DNA of 63,454 nucleotides from Microthyrium microscopicum (Eukaryota): NCBI GenBank assembly GCA_010405405.1, contig MU004231.1, positions 248,001 to 311,454 of the forward strand, read 5' to 3'. Shown piece by piece: positions 1 to 12,234 of this stretch (position 1 is its first letter; each line of letters starts with the position of its first letter). The notes under the pieces were generated by a model. It saw only the letters and a program-made list of their open reading frames with translations, ran no database searches and was not told where the DNA came from. The position numbers and the translations under genes were made by a program.

Positions 1-860
1 CAAGGCTTCCAATAATAGGAATTCAATATAGCGATGATTACAGGAAGATAACTTTCAGGGCTAACTGTTGTTGATACGACTGATGTTTCTGGCAATGCTC
101 AAAGGACCAGTGGAAAGCGCAACTGAGCGGTTTGATATGGCGCCCAAGCGTCTATAGAATGTACCTTCCATCCACCACAGCTTCAGGCATAAAATAGAAC
201 TGGGACTCTGCTCCAATGCCATTTCAAAGGAGCTTTATGGTCTTGCAAAAGAAACGAACCACACCTCATCGGCGTTAACGCAGAGTTTCAATGACAGGGG
301 TGCAGTGATGGGCAGCACTTGATTTTGATGTTTGATTCGACAACTCGAAGATACCAGGGCACAACTTCTCCTGACGGCCATTAGAAGTCCAAACAGCAAA
401 AGTTTATACCAAAAAGACTTACCAGTAAAAATGTAGCCAAACAAACGTGAACCGACTTCATAAAGAAGACAGAGAAGAAATTAAAATGATTAACAAGTGT
501 GATATTTGATTCTCTCTACGTCGTTTCATCGACGGACTATCAAATCAACATGTCTTCTTCTCGCCACGACATGAATTCCTCTACTCCTCAGATCATCAGC
601 CTGTCATTTGTCGATGGATATGGCAAACAATCCAATGCCTCGCAGCGTTTTCAAACGTCAGCGGTCCATCCAGTCTATCTTATGGCCGTACTTCTTCCAA
701 TAACTGTCCATCATCGGTCTAGATATATCTCGTATGGTCACCTTCAAGTGACCAGGCTATCGTGACGGCAGACGCATCCGGCTCTTCCCAATGCTAATGT
801 CGTGGATCTTGCTTTGAGGCATTTTTCATCTTCGTACCGATTCGAAATCCTCTCCACTCT

Positions 861-1579
861 TCACCCATTCTGATCACCATCAAGTCCAAAAACCTCCAAA
901 CTCGGCGGAATCCTAAACAACAACGGCGCCTGTAGAACATGAACCACCAATTCCCCCGCCTTACCCGCCGTATTATAACCACCAAACTCTCCACATCTAT
1001 CCATGACCCTAGAATCCGTCAGTCCATCTATAAACTGAAGCCAATAAACCTCCTCAACGCGATATCCTATCCCCACTTCACACCACCCACACGCTCTCCC
1101 AACACAAACCACCAAACCACCAAACCACCAAACCACCATATCTCTGCACCCTCAGACACAGACTTACCAGCTCATAGCCCCAACAACATCCCTACACGCC
1201 ACCTTAACCTCATCCGGCGCCTTCCTACTCGTAACAACCACCACCGTCCTCTTCAACTCACACAACTTAAGCGGCATATCCGTCCCACACATCGCACCAT
1301 TCCCCTTCGATTTGAAGTGTGATATGCAGGATTTTAATTCAGTGCGGTCGATTTCGAGGGTGGGAACGCGGATGCAGGAGGGCGTTATGGTGGATTCGTG
1401 GGGTTTTTTGGATCGGACTGATGCTAGGGGGATGTTAGTATATGGAATCAAGTAAAGGTGATGGTATGGTATGTGTGGGGAGTATTACGGTCTAAGAGGA
1501 CGCCGATGGTGGAGGGTATGGCGAGGGTGTTGGTAAAGAGGGACGCTAGGATGAGGATGAGGATGAGGAGGTGGTTCAT
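861..1579 (-). CDS. Small secreted cysteine-rich protein (~164 aa, 6 Cys); exons 1579-1489, 1423-1168, 1008-861
   Basis: Exon 1 encodes a signal peptide (MNHLLILILILASLFTNTLA). Introns 1488-1424 (GTAATA..CTAAC..TAG) and 1167-1009 (GTAAGT..CTGAC..TAG) join in frame; C-terminal part reads CRDVVGAMSWVMDRCGEFGGYNTAG. The ORF track splits it. Confidence 0.75.
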
Positions 1580-2247
1580 TGTGTGGTGAGATGATATCGT
1601 GACATGTTGTTCCTACACGACGACGGTTGTAAGGTGTCGTGAGAAGAATATTGTGGAAGTGTAGTTGGAACTTGGGATGTATAGCGCACATACGATAGAA
1701 CGAATCGGAAGCTGATGACGAGGATTCGGAGATTTCTACTATAGGTAACTGTATAAGCGATCAAGGTAGGGGACGGCAGAGCGGGAGGGTCACTGCGGGG
1801 ACACCAGTTTGGGACGAAGCTGTATCGTTTTTTATATGAATTGATGGCAAGGATGTTGTGGAGGCGGTACTATACTGGACCGGTTGTGGTGGAATGAGGG
1901 CTTAATATAGGAGATTGTGGTCTTGGATCACGAGGTATAGAAAGCCAGAGAGGGTATTGGTTGAGAATGTATATAGATCAATTGTTAACTATAAGCTACC
2001 TAAGCTACATGATCAGAAGATGAATAAAAAGTTGTTTTCTAACTAACAACGTCCAGGAGGAACTAATATCCCGGGAACCAAACTAACGCCTAATGAGATA
2101 TTCCATGCATACATGCTTGCTTGCTTGTAAAGAAGTTCAAAGTCTAAAGCCAAACGCTCCAAGAAACCCTGCCGTAATTCATTGATGTGACTAGCTTTTT
2201 ATGCTAGATCCGTGATTTCGCCTTGTAATGCATAACGATCCAAATAC

Positions 2248-4026
2248 CTAAAACCGGGACATCATAGACTCTAATCTGCGACATGACGAGTCGAGACGAG
2301 AGACCATTTGTTCCAGACGTTGAGATAATGCCTCATCGTCGTCTTCAGAGGCAACAACGAGTTCATAGCGAGCAAAGGCCTTTTCAGGTGCAATGCTGCC
2401 GAATAGTGGCTCAAAGTCGGCTTCCTTGGCAGGTGAGGTGGATGAGTTGATAGCATATAAGGTGACAGTGGGATCGTTCTCATCAAAGTTGTTTTGTGGT
2501 TCTTCTTGAGACTTGACGGCTTCAATGGATGCGGCAGAGTCGACTTTGGCGGGGGCAGTCTTGATCTCAGGATATGTGGTCTTTTCATCCTCAGAGCCTT
2601 CAAGTTCAGCAATCAAGCTATCAGAGTCCTTGCCGGAGAGAGCAGCAAAGTCGATAGGCTCAGCTGGTCCAGCAGGGAGTTCGGTGACGGCGAAAACAGA
2701 TGGCTGTTGGTACATGTCATGAGGAATAAGCTGTGGCTGTTGAGACATCCAGTTGTTGTTTCCAATATTGAGAGACGACAAATCGACAGGCATATCAGGA
2801 ATAAAGGTCATGCCGACATGGGTAGAGTTGTTGGCTGGTGGAAGGAACTGGGAAGATCCATAAGGATGGGGATCCTTGGGCATTGGAGCCTCCTGTTGTT
2901 GTGGAGCTGAAGACGCAATCTTGGAAAATGATTCAGCAAGGTCTGGATCCCGGCTGAGTTCCTCAAGGAATGGTCGGAAGGCGTTGTGCGAAAGAAGCTT
3001 TTCAGCCAAAGCACGATAACGTGCGTTTTCTTCCATGAGCATTTGATTTTGGCGTTTGACCTCAGCAGTTTCGTTGGCCTTGGCTGCGAGTTCACCTTCA
3101 AGTTGACCGATGTATTCTAGTAATGTTAGTTATTTAATCAATGTATATGTTTCAATAGACTTACCCTTTCTTCTTGAACGGAAAGCACGAGCAGAAACTT
3201 TGTTTCGAAGTTGACGGCGCTCTTTGCTGCTCAGCTTCTTGCCTTCTTCACTATTGAGCAGGCGCTCATCTTCATCCATATCATCCTCATCTTTCTTGGC
3301 CTTGATAACATGAGGTAATAAAGAGTTGCTACCTGGCGAGAGATGATCCGCAGCAATGTTACTACTTCTACGAATCTCACTCATAACGCGGGAGATGGTG
3401 TCTTCGGTTCTTTGGTCCAAGGGTTGAGATGATACAGAGCGGCGAGATGACTGGCTACGTGACTGTTGTCTCTGTTGTTCAGCTTCGCGCTGCTTTTGTT
3501 TCTCCATCATAGCCTGTCTTTGTTGAGCAGCTTGTTGATGCATTCCTGGAAAGTATCGGATGTTGGCTTGAGCTTCCTCTTGCTTGAGGAGTGTGTTGGG
3601 GTCGATGAAATCCTCGTTGCTCATTTCGAGAAGAGTGTCGAGACCACCATCCATAGAGTTTTGCGAGTTCATATTGTCCCAGATTTGAGCATCATAAATG
3701 CCGGTGTTGTAGTTTGGAAAGACGTGTTGCTGGCCGAGAGCGCGGATGTGGTCGGCCTGGATTGGCAATCCAGTCTGTTGCTTGAATCGTCCATAGTCGT
3801 GAGATGGACGCATGAGTAACGAATCGTCGTTGAGATCTTGTGAGATGGCACTGGTTGGACTTGTAAGACTTGAAGTGGCCTGTGGAAGTAAAAGTCCCTT
3901 GGAACTTCCAGCTGCTGGAGAGTTCATTTGGCTAAAGTCAAGATAGCTTGAGAGATCAGTATGATCCACGTTTTGACCGTTGAATTGAGGCATATCGAGT
4001 GGTGCTGAATGAGGCGAATTGTCCAT
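2248..4026 (-). CDS. bZIP transcription factor (~576 aa); exons 4026-3165, 3116-2248
   Basis: Basic region KLSSKERRQLRNKVSARAFRSRRK joins the zipper EYIGQLEGELAAKANE across a 48-bp GTAAGT..CTAAC..TAG intron (3164-3117); Q-rich N-terminal half. Confidence 0.92.
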
Positions 4027-5349
4027 TACGAGAGATCGACTTTGAGTACTGGAAAGAGGAGAGGGTAGGAGAGAGAGTAGAGTCCCTTGTGTAAGTGGTC
4101 AATACCAAAGTAGATTGAAATGCAAGGTATCGGCTGGGCTACAGCAGGGCAGTCGTCGTAAGCAGTGGTTTAGCGCTCCGGGGGGTGTTTCGAGGTGGAT
4201 TGGGCCAGTCAGAGGGACAAGTTGGCAAGTTGAGTTGGTGAGAGATGTTGTGGTATAGTTTAGGAGTGGTGATGGTGTTTTCAAGTTGATATTGAAGCAA
4301 TGAAGAACAATGTTTAGTGAAAGTTAAAAGGTGTTGAGTTGGTGGGAGGCTCAGTCAATAGGCAGACGTCTTTGATCTTGGCAAGTTGGCAGGATGGGTC
4401 CCCAAGCCAGAAACCGGGCAGGGAGAATGAGACTGTAGGGCGATCAATGGAGCGTGGAAGCCGGCGGAATGGCTTAACGAGGCTGTGCTTCCTGCATCCA
4501 CAACCCTGGCTTTTCTTCCCTTTTAGGACTCGTGTAGGGAGACTCTTCGGCCTTCGGACTCTTATAGTGGCCGTCGTCCAATTAAAGAGTCGAGATGATC
4601 AGGAACTGGTGGTCTAGTTAGAGTTGCCACGCGAGCCAATGATCGGATAAGGTGTGGTTCAACGCGAAACCGAACTCCATCTCCACCTCAAAACAGGACA
4701 GGTCCCACCATTCTTCAACGCGATTCAGTCTGTTCCATTCTCCTATCCTCAAATTTTCACAACTCGCTCCCAAATATCTATTTGAAAGACCGAGTACCGA
4801 ATAAAGGGGAGATGTGTTACCAGACGCAAGTAAACCACGAGTATCACATACCAGCAACAACCTGTAAAACCATTCGAATTGTGCACTTCTGATTCCAATT
4901 CAATCGGACTTGCACGATGTTAGAATGCAGCCAAGCCTGAAGTAGTGACAATTTCGACACTCCAAAGCCCCAAGTAGTAGTACTGTCTCGGCGCCGATAT
5001 AACCAAGATGGGGGTTCAGTGACGAGCATTGTGCTAATTTTGGACGACCTGCCACGTAAATTTGGGCTGTGTCCAACCAGGCTCGGCAAGTCGGCAAGTC
5101 GGAGCTCTTTCGGGCTACCCCGGTCCATTTACTTCATTGATATTCAACACCATCACCATCACCAATGTCCAGATATACGAGTATACGGTATACACGGCAC
5201 GAGATGCGGTTTGAATTACACGGAATGGTTATCTGCTAATCACAATATATGTGCGTATTTAATTATTGATGTGACTTCTCTGTGTATGTACAACTTCATT
5301 TATAGCCAGTCATCAATATCCTAAATTTCGACCAGGCTGATGCAGTTAA

Positions 5350-6048
5350 CTATATACCTCTAAATCCAGGCAATGGCATCGGACTCGCTGCACAGCTCGT
5401 AAATGTAGCATTAACAGAAGTGCCACGTTTCCGAACTTGCCTTAGACCAGGCAAATTATCCAACATACCACGAAGTCTCCACGAAACTATCAAGTTATCC
5501 CCAACATAACGCCTCGTGTCCCGTATAATCGGTCTCACTAGCTGCACCAACCGCCTAAACACCTTCTTCGAGCATTCCGCCTTACTCAACAGATCAGCGC
5601 AAAGACAAGCAGACTCTAACATAAAGCTCAAGCGACTAGCCTGAGAATCTGTCGCTTTGGCTGCGGCATGAGATGCCAATAAAGCTTGGAATTGTTCTTC
5701 TTGGACGTGTATTCTGGAGGTGTAGGTTTGATTCATTTTGACCTGTGCGTCAAGTAAGTGGATTAGTCGTTCTTGATTGCGAACCAGTCTTTTGATGGCG
5801 TCGTCGTTGAGAGCTGGTGGTGGTGAGAGATGTTGAGTTGGTGGATGGGGACTTGGAAGGGCATCTGGAGATGAGGTTCCATCTTCGTCCGGGGCCTCGC
5901 TTTTGTGCTCTTGTGAGCTGTTGTCGGTGTTTGGGTCGGAGGTTTGGTTTTTCTTCGGTGATACATGTTGAAGTTTGCAGCTCGTACATCTGAGCATGGT
6001 AACGCCGCAGCGAGCTTCAGAGGACCTTCTTGACATATCGGGAGACAT
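5350..6048 (-). CDS. Hypothetical protein (~232 aa), Pro/Ser-rich segment plus short coiled coil
   Basis: Uninterrupted ORF (open from 6210; ATG in good context at 6048); no recognisable domain. Confidence 0.55.
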   Translation of the reverse strand: MSPDMSRRSSEARCGVTMLRCTSCKLQHVSPKKNQTSDPNTDNSSQEHKSEAPDEDGTSSPDALPSPHPPTQHLSPPPALNDDAIKRLVRNQERLIHLLDAQVKMNQTYTSRIHVQEEQFQALLASHAAAKATDSQASRLSFMLESACLCADLLSKAECSKKVFRRLVQLVRPIIRDTRRYVGDNLIVSWRLRGMLDNLPGLRQVRKRGTSVNATFTSCAASPMPLPGFRGI

Positions 6049-6685
6049 TGTAGGGGCGGTGGACGTGATGGTGGTGGTCTTGATCTCTGGATTTGCGAAT
6101 TGTTGAATATAAATACGGAAAGAGGCGATGCGATATAGAGCATCAGCTAGAACAACACTCATCTTTTGTCTTAGTAACCAGCAGGAATGAGACTGGACTC
6201 GATGAGACAATATACAGCTGTCTGAACAGTGTTGTATAGCTACAAAACAGTCTCAGTGCCGATTGTTATGCTAAGTGTTAGCCTTGGACATGGACACAGA
6301 CTATTCTGAACTTGAGCTTTGCATTGATAGGGATCTTTTCAAGTTTTCATCATTAGATGTAGCTATTATGAGTGTAAGAATCGTATCAACCAAAAGATGC
6401 AAGGCCAGAATGCCTTGTCGTCGTTTGACATGAAAAGCTTACCAAAGAAACATATCACTGACATTACATATAGCACCAAGACATGAGCTCCCGAAAAGTC
6501 TTAGCATGATCAGACAGTGTAGGAGACATAATGAATTGAATATCTAGGACTCTAAGAATTGACCTGAACTCCAAACTCCTCCTTGCAAATGAAAAAGTGA
6601 TGCCGTCTGTGTTGTCTACCCTATGCTCGAGTATACCTGTTACGGTCCCATTCCATCTAGTGATCAAGCACAAGTTTTCGACAAA

Positions 6686-8011
6686 CTAACTGGTGTATTT
6701 GAGTTGTATATCTCGGCTCTTACGACCAAGATCCTTCAATATGCTCAAAACCGCCATGGTCTCCGCCAGAGACTTTGACAACTCCTCAATTTCCGCGGCC
6801 TGGCTGGCCTTGATATCTTCAGCAGCTGCAAGAAATCCTGCAAGTTCACGAATCTTCCCCCCTTGACATTTGATGGTTTCCTCTGCCACAGCGAGAGATT
6901 CTGCTAGCTCTTCGGCTTGTGCGGCTTGGAGGATTCGGGCATCTTCAGCGGCCGCAAGAAGATTCGAAAGCTCTAGAAACTCGTCAATGTAGGAGTCGTT
7001 GGTTGCTTCAGCCGCGGCGAGAGATCTTGATAGCTCTTCGACTATTGCTGCTTGGAAGGCTTCGGCATCTACAGCAGCTAAAAGGATTTGCGACAGTTTT
7101 TGGATCTTCTCCTCTTGACGATTGTTGGTTGCTTCAGCCACGGCGAGAGATTTTGGTAGCTCTTTGGTTTTCGCGGCTTGGACGGCAGTGGAATCTTCAG
7201 CAGCCGCCAGGACCTCCAAGAGCTTTTGGATCTTGTTGACTTGACAGTCGCTGGCCACTTCGACAATGGCAAGAGATTCCAAGAGCTCTTTGCTCCTGGC
7301 GGCCTGGCTTTGCTTGAAGGCTGTGTTGGAATGGAGCAACATTTGTGTTTCCCGATGCTGGTTGCGGGACTCCTGCACCAGTCTTTCGATGAATGCGTTT
7401 TTGAGGTTGATGTCTGCTTTTTGCTGTTTAATGTACATGTTCGCTTCTCGGATATGGTGCCTAAGCTCTGTGGTAGCCGAGTTATGGACGGCTACTACTA
7501 GCAAAGCGGTAACGATGACGCAGGTAGCTGGAATGAAGATGGTTCTACGGAAGGAAAGCATTGAAAAGATGAGAGAAGGCCGGATGGCGCTGATCATATT
7601 GAGCGTGGACATGATGGACCTGATGATGAAAGTGATGCCGTTCTCAGTCTTGCCTTTCGATTCGATCTGCGCTGAGCTGGAGATGGTTGCCTCGCTCTTG
7701 TCGGACATAGTGGTTTGTGTGTTGTCCGTTGGATTGTCGACATCTGCCTCTGATGACTCTGGTTCTGTCTCGAAGAACAAACAAGTGATGCGAAAGCTGA
7801 GGATGGGGAAAATAGCAAGGGCGTAGACAATGAAGAAGAGAATGACGATAAGAAGAAGGCAGAAGACGGAGAAAAAGGAGTCGACTGGACAGTCGAAGAT
7901 GGAACAGAAGACGTAGGGCCAGATGACGCCGAGGGTGGTGTCCAGAATGAAGTCGTTGATGGATCTGAAGATGGAGAGTACGGGCTCCATGATAGAGAAG
8001 ATGCAACTCAT
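6686..8011 (-). CDS. Hypothetical membrane protein (441 aa): hydrophobic N-terminal segments plus coiled coil with 42-aa repeats
   Basis: Long single-exon ORF with hydrophobic stretches (FFSVFCLLLIVILFFIVYALAIFPIL; IFIPATCVIVTALLVVAV) and repeated QAAxxxELxxSLAxAExxxxxQxxKIxxLxxxLAAAED units. Confidence 0.7.
   Translation of the reverse strand: MSCIFSIMEPVLSIFRSINDFILDTTLGVIWPYVFCSIFDCPVDSFFSVFCLLLIVILFFIVYALAIFPILSFRITCLFFETEPESSEADVDNPTDNTQTTMSDKSEATISSSAQIESKGKTENGITFIIRSIMSTLNMISAIRPSLIFSMLSFRRTIFIPATCVIVTALLVVAVHNSATTELRHHIREANMYIKQQKADINLKNAFIERLVQESRNQHRETQMLLHSNTAFKQSQAARSKELLESLAIVEVASDCQVNKIQKLLEVLAAAEDSTAVQAAKTKELPKSLAVAEATNNRQEEKIQKLSQILLAAVDAEAFQAAIVEELSRSLAAAEATNDSYIDEFLELSNLLAAAEDARILQAAQAEELAESLAVAEETIKCQGGKIRELAGFLAAAEDIKASQAAEIEELSKSLAETMAVLSILKDLGRKSRDIQLKYTS
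6760..7306 (-). repeat. Intragenic degenerate tandem repeat, 126-bp (42-aa) period, four full copies plus a partial
   Basis: The Q codon of the QAA motif recurs at 7306, 7180, 7054, 6928 and 6802. Confidence 0.85.
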
Positions 8012-8383
8012 GGTGGAGGCTATGAGCTCTTCAAGATTGATTGAAAGTCACAGAGTATAAATAAGTACATGGAAATCGAGGTGAATCATGGACAAAAGCA
8101 ACACCATCCTTGGTCTCAAAACAAACACAGTTGACACTGAACCCGATGAGACAATACATGGCTTGCCGTGCACTGTTGGATAGTAATCAAGCATTTCTTT
8201 CTGCAAACGAAGCGGACGGTGAGAAGAGCTAATCAATTCACATTAAGTTCTGGACGATACCGGAGTTTGACCTGCAGAATACAAAGTTTCGGACGAGAAG
8301 ATTTGATATTTCTATAAAGTACACTCCTCTTCCCTGATAGCGACTACATTCCGTCGAGCCTCCAGAAGTCGGCAAAGAAGCAA

Positions 8384-9241
8384 TCATTTGGTCCCTGAAC
8401 TGGCCCAGAGTGACAAGAATCGTTCATCATTGTCAAAGGAACCAATTTCTTGCTCAAGCTCAGCGACTAGATGCCAGCAATCGCAATCCTCATCCATCCA
8501 GCCAATCACAGACTGGACAAAGTCTCGAACCTCTCCAAAGGCTTTGACAAACTTGATAGCCTGCTTCTTCAGCACTTCTTCCTGCTCCAAGTCAAAGGTC
8601 CGAATTTTGCTGCTCAGCTTCTGCACGATATCAACATCAGAGCACGTTGTCACGGTCAGATGCATGAAGTCGTCGCACAGGCCCTTGGTCTCCATCAAGA
8701 ATCGCAAGCGGGCGAGCAGCAACTGCGCCTTACCCTTGAAGTTGTTCAGAGTGAGCTCGAAGTCATTCGCGTGGTTCTTGACGGCAGGCCAGTCCTCTTC
8801 TTGCCAACGTGTTTCAAGGTCCCGATGATCTCGAATGGGAAATATGGCTGGCCAAGTTGAGGATGTTTTGAGCAAGTCGTTGACGGCGATGATCAGGCCG
8901 TCTACGCCGATTGCCAGGCAATTTAGGACCATTGGGAGAACGGTGAACCCTGGAGTGAGGCCATGCTGATATTGCGTCATGAGGGCGCGAAAGAAAGAGG
9001 ACTCAGATTGCAGATGGCTAGTGGGATTATGATCCAGGTCATTAAGTCCAGCTCCCTTAGTCTCGATCGTGAGATTGTGGTTGAGCTTGAGGTTTTCCGG
9101 AGATGATGGGGTTTCCTCATCTTGCTTCATGGTAAGTGCGGTTACTTCCAGACGTTGACGTGTTGGCATGGTGAAGGACTTTCCAAGCATGAGGACGAGA
9201 TTGTCGGTAGGGCTTTTAGACATTGCTGGCAATGATTCCAT
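8384..9241 (-). CDS. Hypothetical, probably alpha-helical protein (~285 aa)
   Basis: Single-exon ORF (open from 9334; first ATG at 9241) with protein-like composition; no recognisable motif. Confidence 0.6.
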   Translation of the reverse strand: MESLPAMSKSPTDNLVLMLGKSFTMPTRQRLEVTALTMKQDEETPSSPENLKLNHNLTIETKGAGLNDLDHNPTSHLQSESSFFRALMTQYQHGLTPGFTVLPMVLNCLAIGVDGLIIAVNDLLKTSSTWPAIFPIRDHRDLETRWQEEDWPAVKNHANDFELTLNNFKGKAQLLLARLRFLMETKGLCDDFMHLTVTTCSDVDIVQKLSSKIRTFDLEQEEVLKKQAIKFVKAFGEVRDFVQSVIGWMDEDCDCWHLVAELEQEIGSFDNDERFLSLWASSGTK

Positions 9242-9711
9242 GTCCGGCGCGTTTGTGGAATGATGGGGAAGGCTTTGAGCTCTCAGTCGCTGCGAAATGG
9301 ACCGTATACATAACCAAACAGTGACACGACGCAAAATGCATGCGAGACGGCAGAGTTCAGCCTAACATGAGGAACGGCATAGCTGTAATCAGACAATAAG
9401 CAGCTACCCGACCAACATTTGGTTGATAGTACCCACCCGTCGCGCAAACGACGCTGAGCCGATGCTCCATGACAATGCAAATATCCGGGAAACCGGGCAA
9501 CATTCAATTTGAGTTGAAACTCCGCGAATACTAGACTGCGCTGCTGCCATCTTGTTTGCGTTATTATTGCAGCCTGATTGTCACGTCAGCCCTCTATGCG
9601 CGATACCGAGACTTCGTGAGACATTACTTTTAGCTGGACTGGCAATTGCCTGGCACTTCCACGCTTTTATAACATAAAGTCGATGAAATGAAAAGGGTAT
9701 CATAATTCTCT

Positions 9712-10218
9712 CTACCTCCTCAAATAGCCATTGGTTACCAACCAACTCCGTATCTTACTCCCATAAGTCGCGCCAGACCCAGACGAAGCCTTCGTCCAGA
9801 ATCTCCATCCCGTCAATGTAAGTTCCCATAGCGTTCCCTGGAAAAGAGGAAAGAAAACCTGCACACACCCGAAATTAGCCAAAACCATATACTTGTCCAG
9901 ATCATCTTGTCTTACCTGATCTTTCAGCGTTATCCATGCAATTGCTCCCCACGATTCTGCTTTTTCTATGCTCCTTAGATAGCTTTGTTCGAATCTAAGA
10001 TCTGGCAGGGGAGGAAGTGTTTGTTTTCGAGCGACTGGCCGCAGAACTGAGGTCGGTATTTCATCGTCTTCTACGTCGGATATGTCGCCGGAATCCGATA
10101 TTGTGACTGGGACTTTTTGGCTGGCTGCTGTGCTTGGATTGATATCGATATGGGGGTCTGGGTTTCGGTTTATGGAGGCGGCTTGGATCGTTGAGGCTAG
10201 TTCAAAGGTGGAGGCCAT
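9712..10218 (-). CDS. DUF1770-family fungal protein (~149 aa); in-frame intron 9915-9859
   Basis: Motif LPPLPDLRFEQSYLRSI..W..IAWITLKDQ|VFFPLFQGTLW...GWRFW; 57-bp GTAAGA..GCTAAT..CAG intron. Confidence 0.8.
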   Translation of the reverse strand: MASTFELASTIQAASINRNPDPHIDINPSTAASQKVPVTISDSGDISDVEDDEIPTSVLRPVARKQTLPPLPDLRFEQSYLRSIEKAESWGAIAWITLKDQVRQDDLDKYMVLANFGCVQVFFPLFQGTLWELTLTGWRFWTKASSGSGATYGSKIRSWLVTNGYLRR

Positions 10219-10357
10219 CTTGAGAGCTTTACGCTATAGCACTGTAGGAACGAAAGATTGTCTATGTGAAGATTGGTATCTTGTTGGGTCTTTGATGTCC
10301 GCCACGCCGCATGAAGTTGAATCATCGTCAATGCCAAGGCTCAGATGGCCAAAGAAT

Positions 10358-10417
10358 CTTATCTTATCGCCTATCATTATCGTACTGATCTTCAGTTTTA
10401 GTGGCGACGGAGTTATC
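10358..10417. promoter_or_regulatory. Cluster of five GATA cores in the divergent promoter between the DUF1770 gene and the Moco gene (candidate AreA/Nit2 sites)
   Basis: TATC-containing words at 10358 (CTTATC), 10363 (CTTATC), 10371 (CTATCA), 10377 (TTATC), 10413 (TTATC). Confidence 0.4.
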
Positions 10418-10657
10418 CGCCTGATCCGTTACTTCAAGAGTCAAGACACCAGGCATGCTGATAATGCTGGAATCTTGTAGTTCAGTGCGTCTATTTAATC
10501 CCTCAGTTAACACTATACATTTCCTCTCGAAACCTCATCGCTATCAACCTTCAGCCAGTCTCTTAGGCCTGAGCTCATGATTCCACGGAGCAGATCTTAA
10601 GCCTTCGAACTCCTGGCCTTGTGCCACCAGTGTTGTTATTGAAGAAGCAATCGCTAT

Positions 10658-12069
10658 ATGATTTTTGATGTTCGCAGCATGCTACGATCCGGTGCGCTAG
10701 GCAGCTCAAAGCGCCACGGCATCTCCAGATTGCCCCCAAGTTCTCTGGTATATGCTCGCATTAGTACTGGAACACGATCAACTATCGGTCGTACTGCGTT
10801 CATCTCTACGGCTCATGCGGTGGAACAACCGACAATTCCTCAAGTCCCACTCTCGGCTATTGGCGCACATGAATCTTCACGGAAAGCCGCCCTACGAGAG
10901 GCAAAACCATTCTCAGCGTTCTTGACAGACACATATCACAGGCAGCATGACTACTTAAGAATTAGTCTCACAGAGAGGTGTAATCTCCGTTGTTTATACT
11001 GTATGCCAGAAGGTATGTTGATCCTTGGATTTGCAAAGATACTCGCTTACTGATTATAGAGGGCGTGCCGCTATCTCCAGCAGCTCATATTCTCACATCT
11101 CCGGAGATCTTCTATCTATCGTCCTTGTTTGTCTCTCAAGGAGTCAACAAGATAAGACTCACTGGTGGCGAGCCTACTGTGAGGAAGGATATTCTACCAC
11201 TGATGCAATCGATTGGGTCGCTTCGTTCCAAGGGTCTACGTGAAATAGCAATCACTACCAATGGCATCTCATTGCATCGCAAGCTGGACAGCATGATAGA
11301 GTCCGGATTGACCGGGGTCAACCTCAGTCTGGACACTCTGGATCCATATCAGTTCCAAATTATGACTCGGCGTAATGGCTTCGAAGCGGTTATGAAGAGC
11401 ATCAATCGCGTGTTAGAGATGAAGAAAATGGGTGCATCTATCAAGCTTAAGATCAATTGCGTTGTTATGCGCGGCATGAATGATCGAGAGATTATTCCAT
11501 TTGTCGAGATGGGCCGGGAGCAAGATATTGAAGTGCGGTTCATTGAGTACATGCCATTTGGAGGCAACAAATGGAGCCAAAAAAAGATGTTTCCGTTCAA
11601 GGAGATGCTGGAGAATATACGGCAAAAACATCCAAACATCCATTCAGTCCAAGGTCACAAAAATGACACTAGCAAAACCTATCAAGTACCCGGATTCGTT
11701 GGAAAGGTCGGCTTCATTACGAGCATGACAAGCGACTTTTGCGGCACCTGTAATCGACTGCGAATTACGAGCGATGGCAATCTCAAAGTCTGTCTTCATG
11801 GTAACGCAGAAGTTTCTCTAAGAGATATTTTGCGAGAACACAACAATGGAGAGCCAATAGATGAGACCACCTTCCAATCGATCCGAGAGACTGAGATCGA
11901 GAAAGCCAATGGCAGCATATCCGAGGATACGCCTTTTGGGTGGGGACCACGCGAAGCCCGCCTACTTCAAATTATTGGCGCTGCAGTGAAAAAGAAGGAA
12001 GAGAAGCATGCTGGAATGGGCGAGCTTGAGAACATGGAAAATCGACCCATGATATTGATTGGTGGGTGA
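10658..12069 (+). CDS. cnxABC: GTP 3',8-cyclase (MoaA/MOCS1A radical-SAM domain), ~454-aa isoform ending MILIGG*; exons 10658-11012, 11060-12069
   Basis: CNLRCLYC radical-SAM motif, [17 protein letters not shown] second cluster motif, C-terminal RPMILIGG; Arg/Ser-rich N-terminus resembling a mitochondrial presequence; 47-bp GT-AG intron 11013-11059. Confidence 0.95.
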
Positions 12070-12234
12070 AACTAACATCACGATGCATATTGAGCACTAC
12101 TTTTTATGATGTATATGCCACTTGCATTGGATAGGAGTTTGATACCAGGATTGTGTACCTATTTGTTATGCTATTCTATTATTTACTTGATCCTTTTCTT
12201 TGTTGTTTGTGCCGTGGCTAACATTACCACTCAG

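Noticed and set aside
1..790. Short ORFs 235-444 (-) and 499-765 (+)
   Set aside because: Non-ATG starts, no motifs and no splice-supported model.
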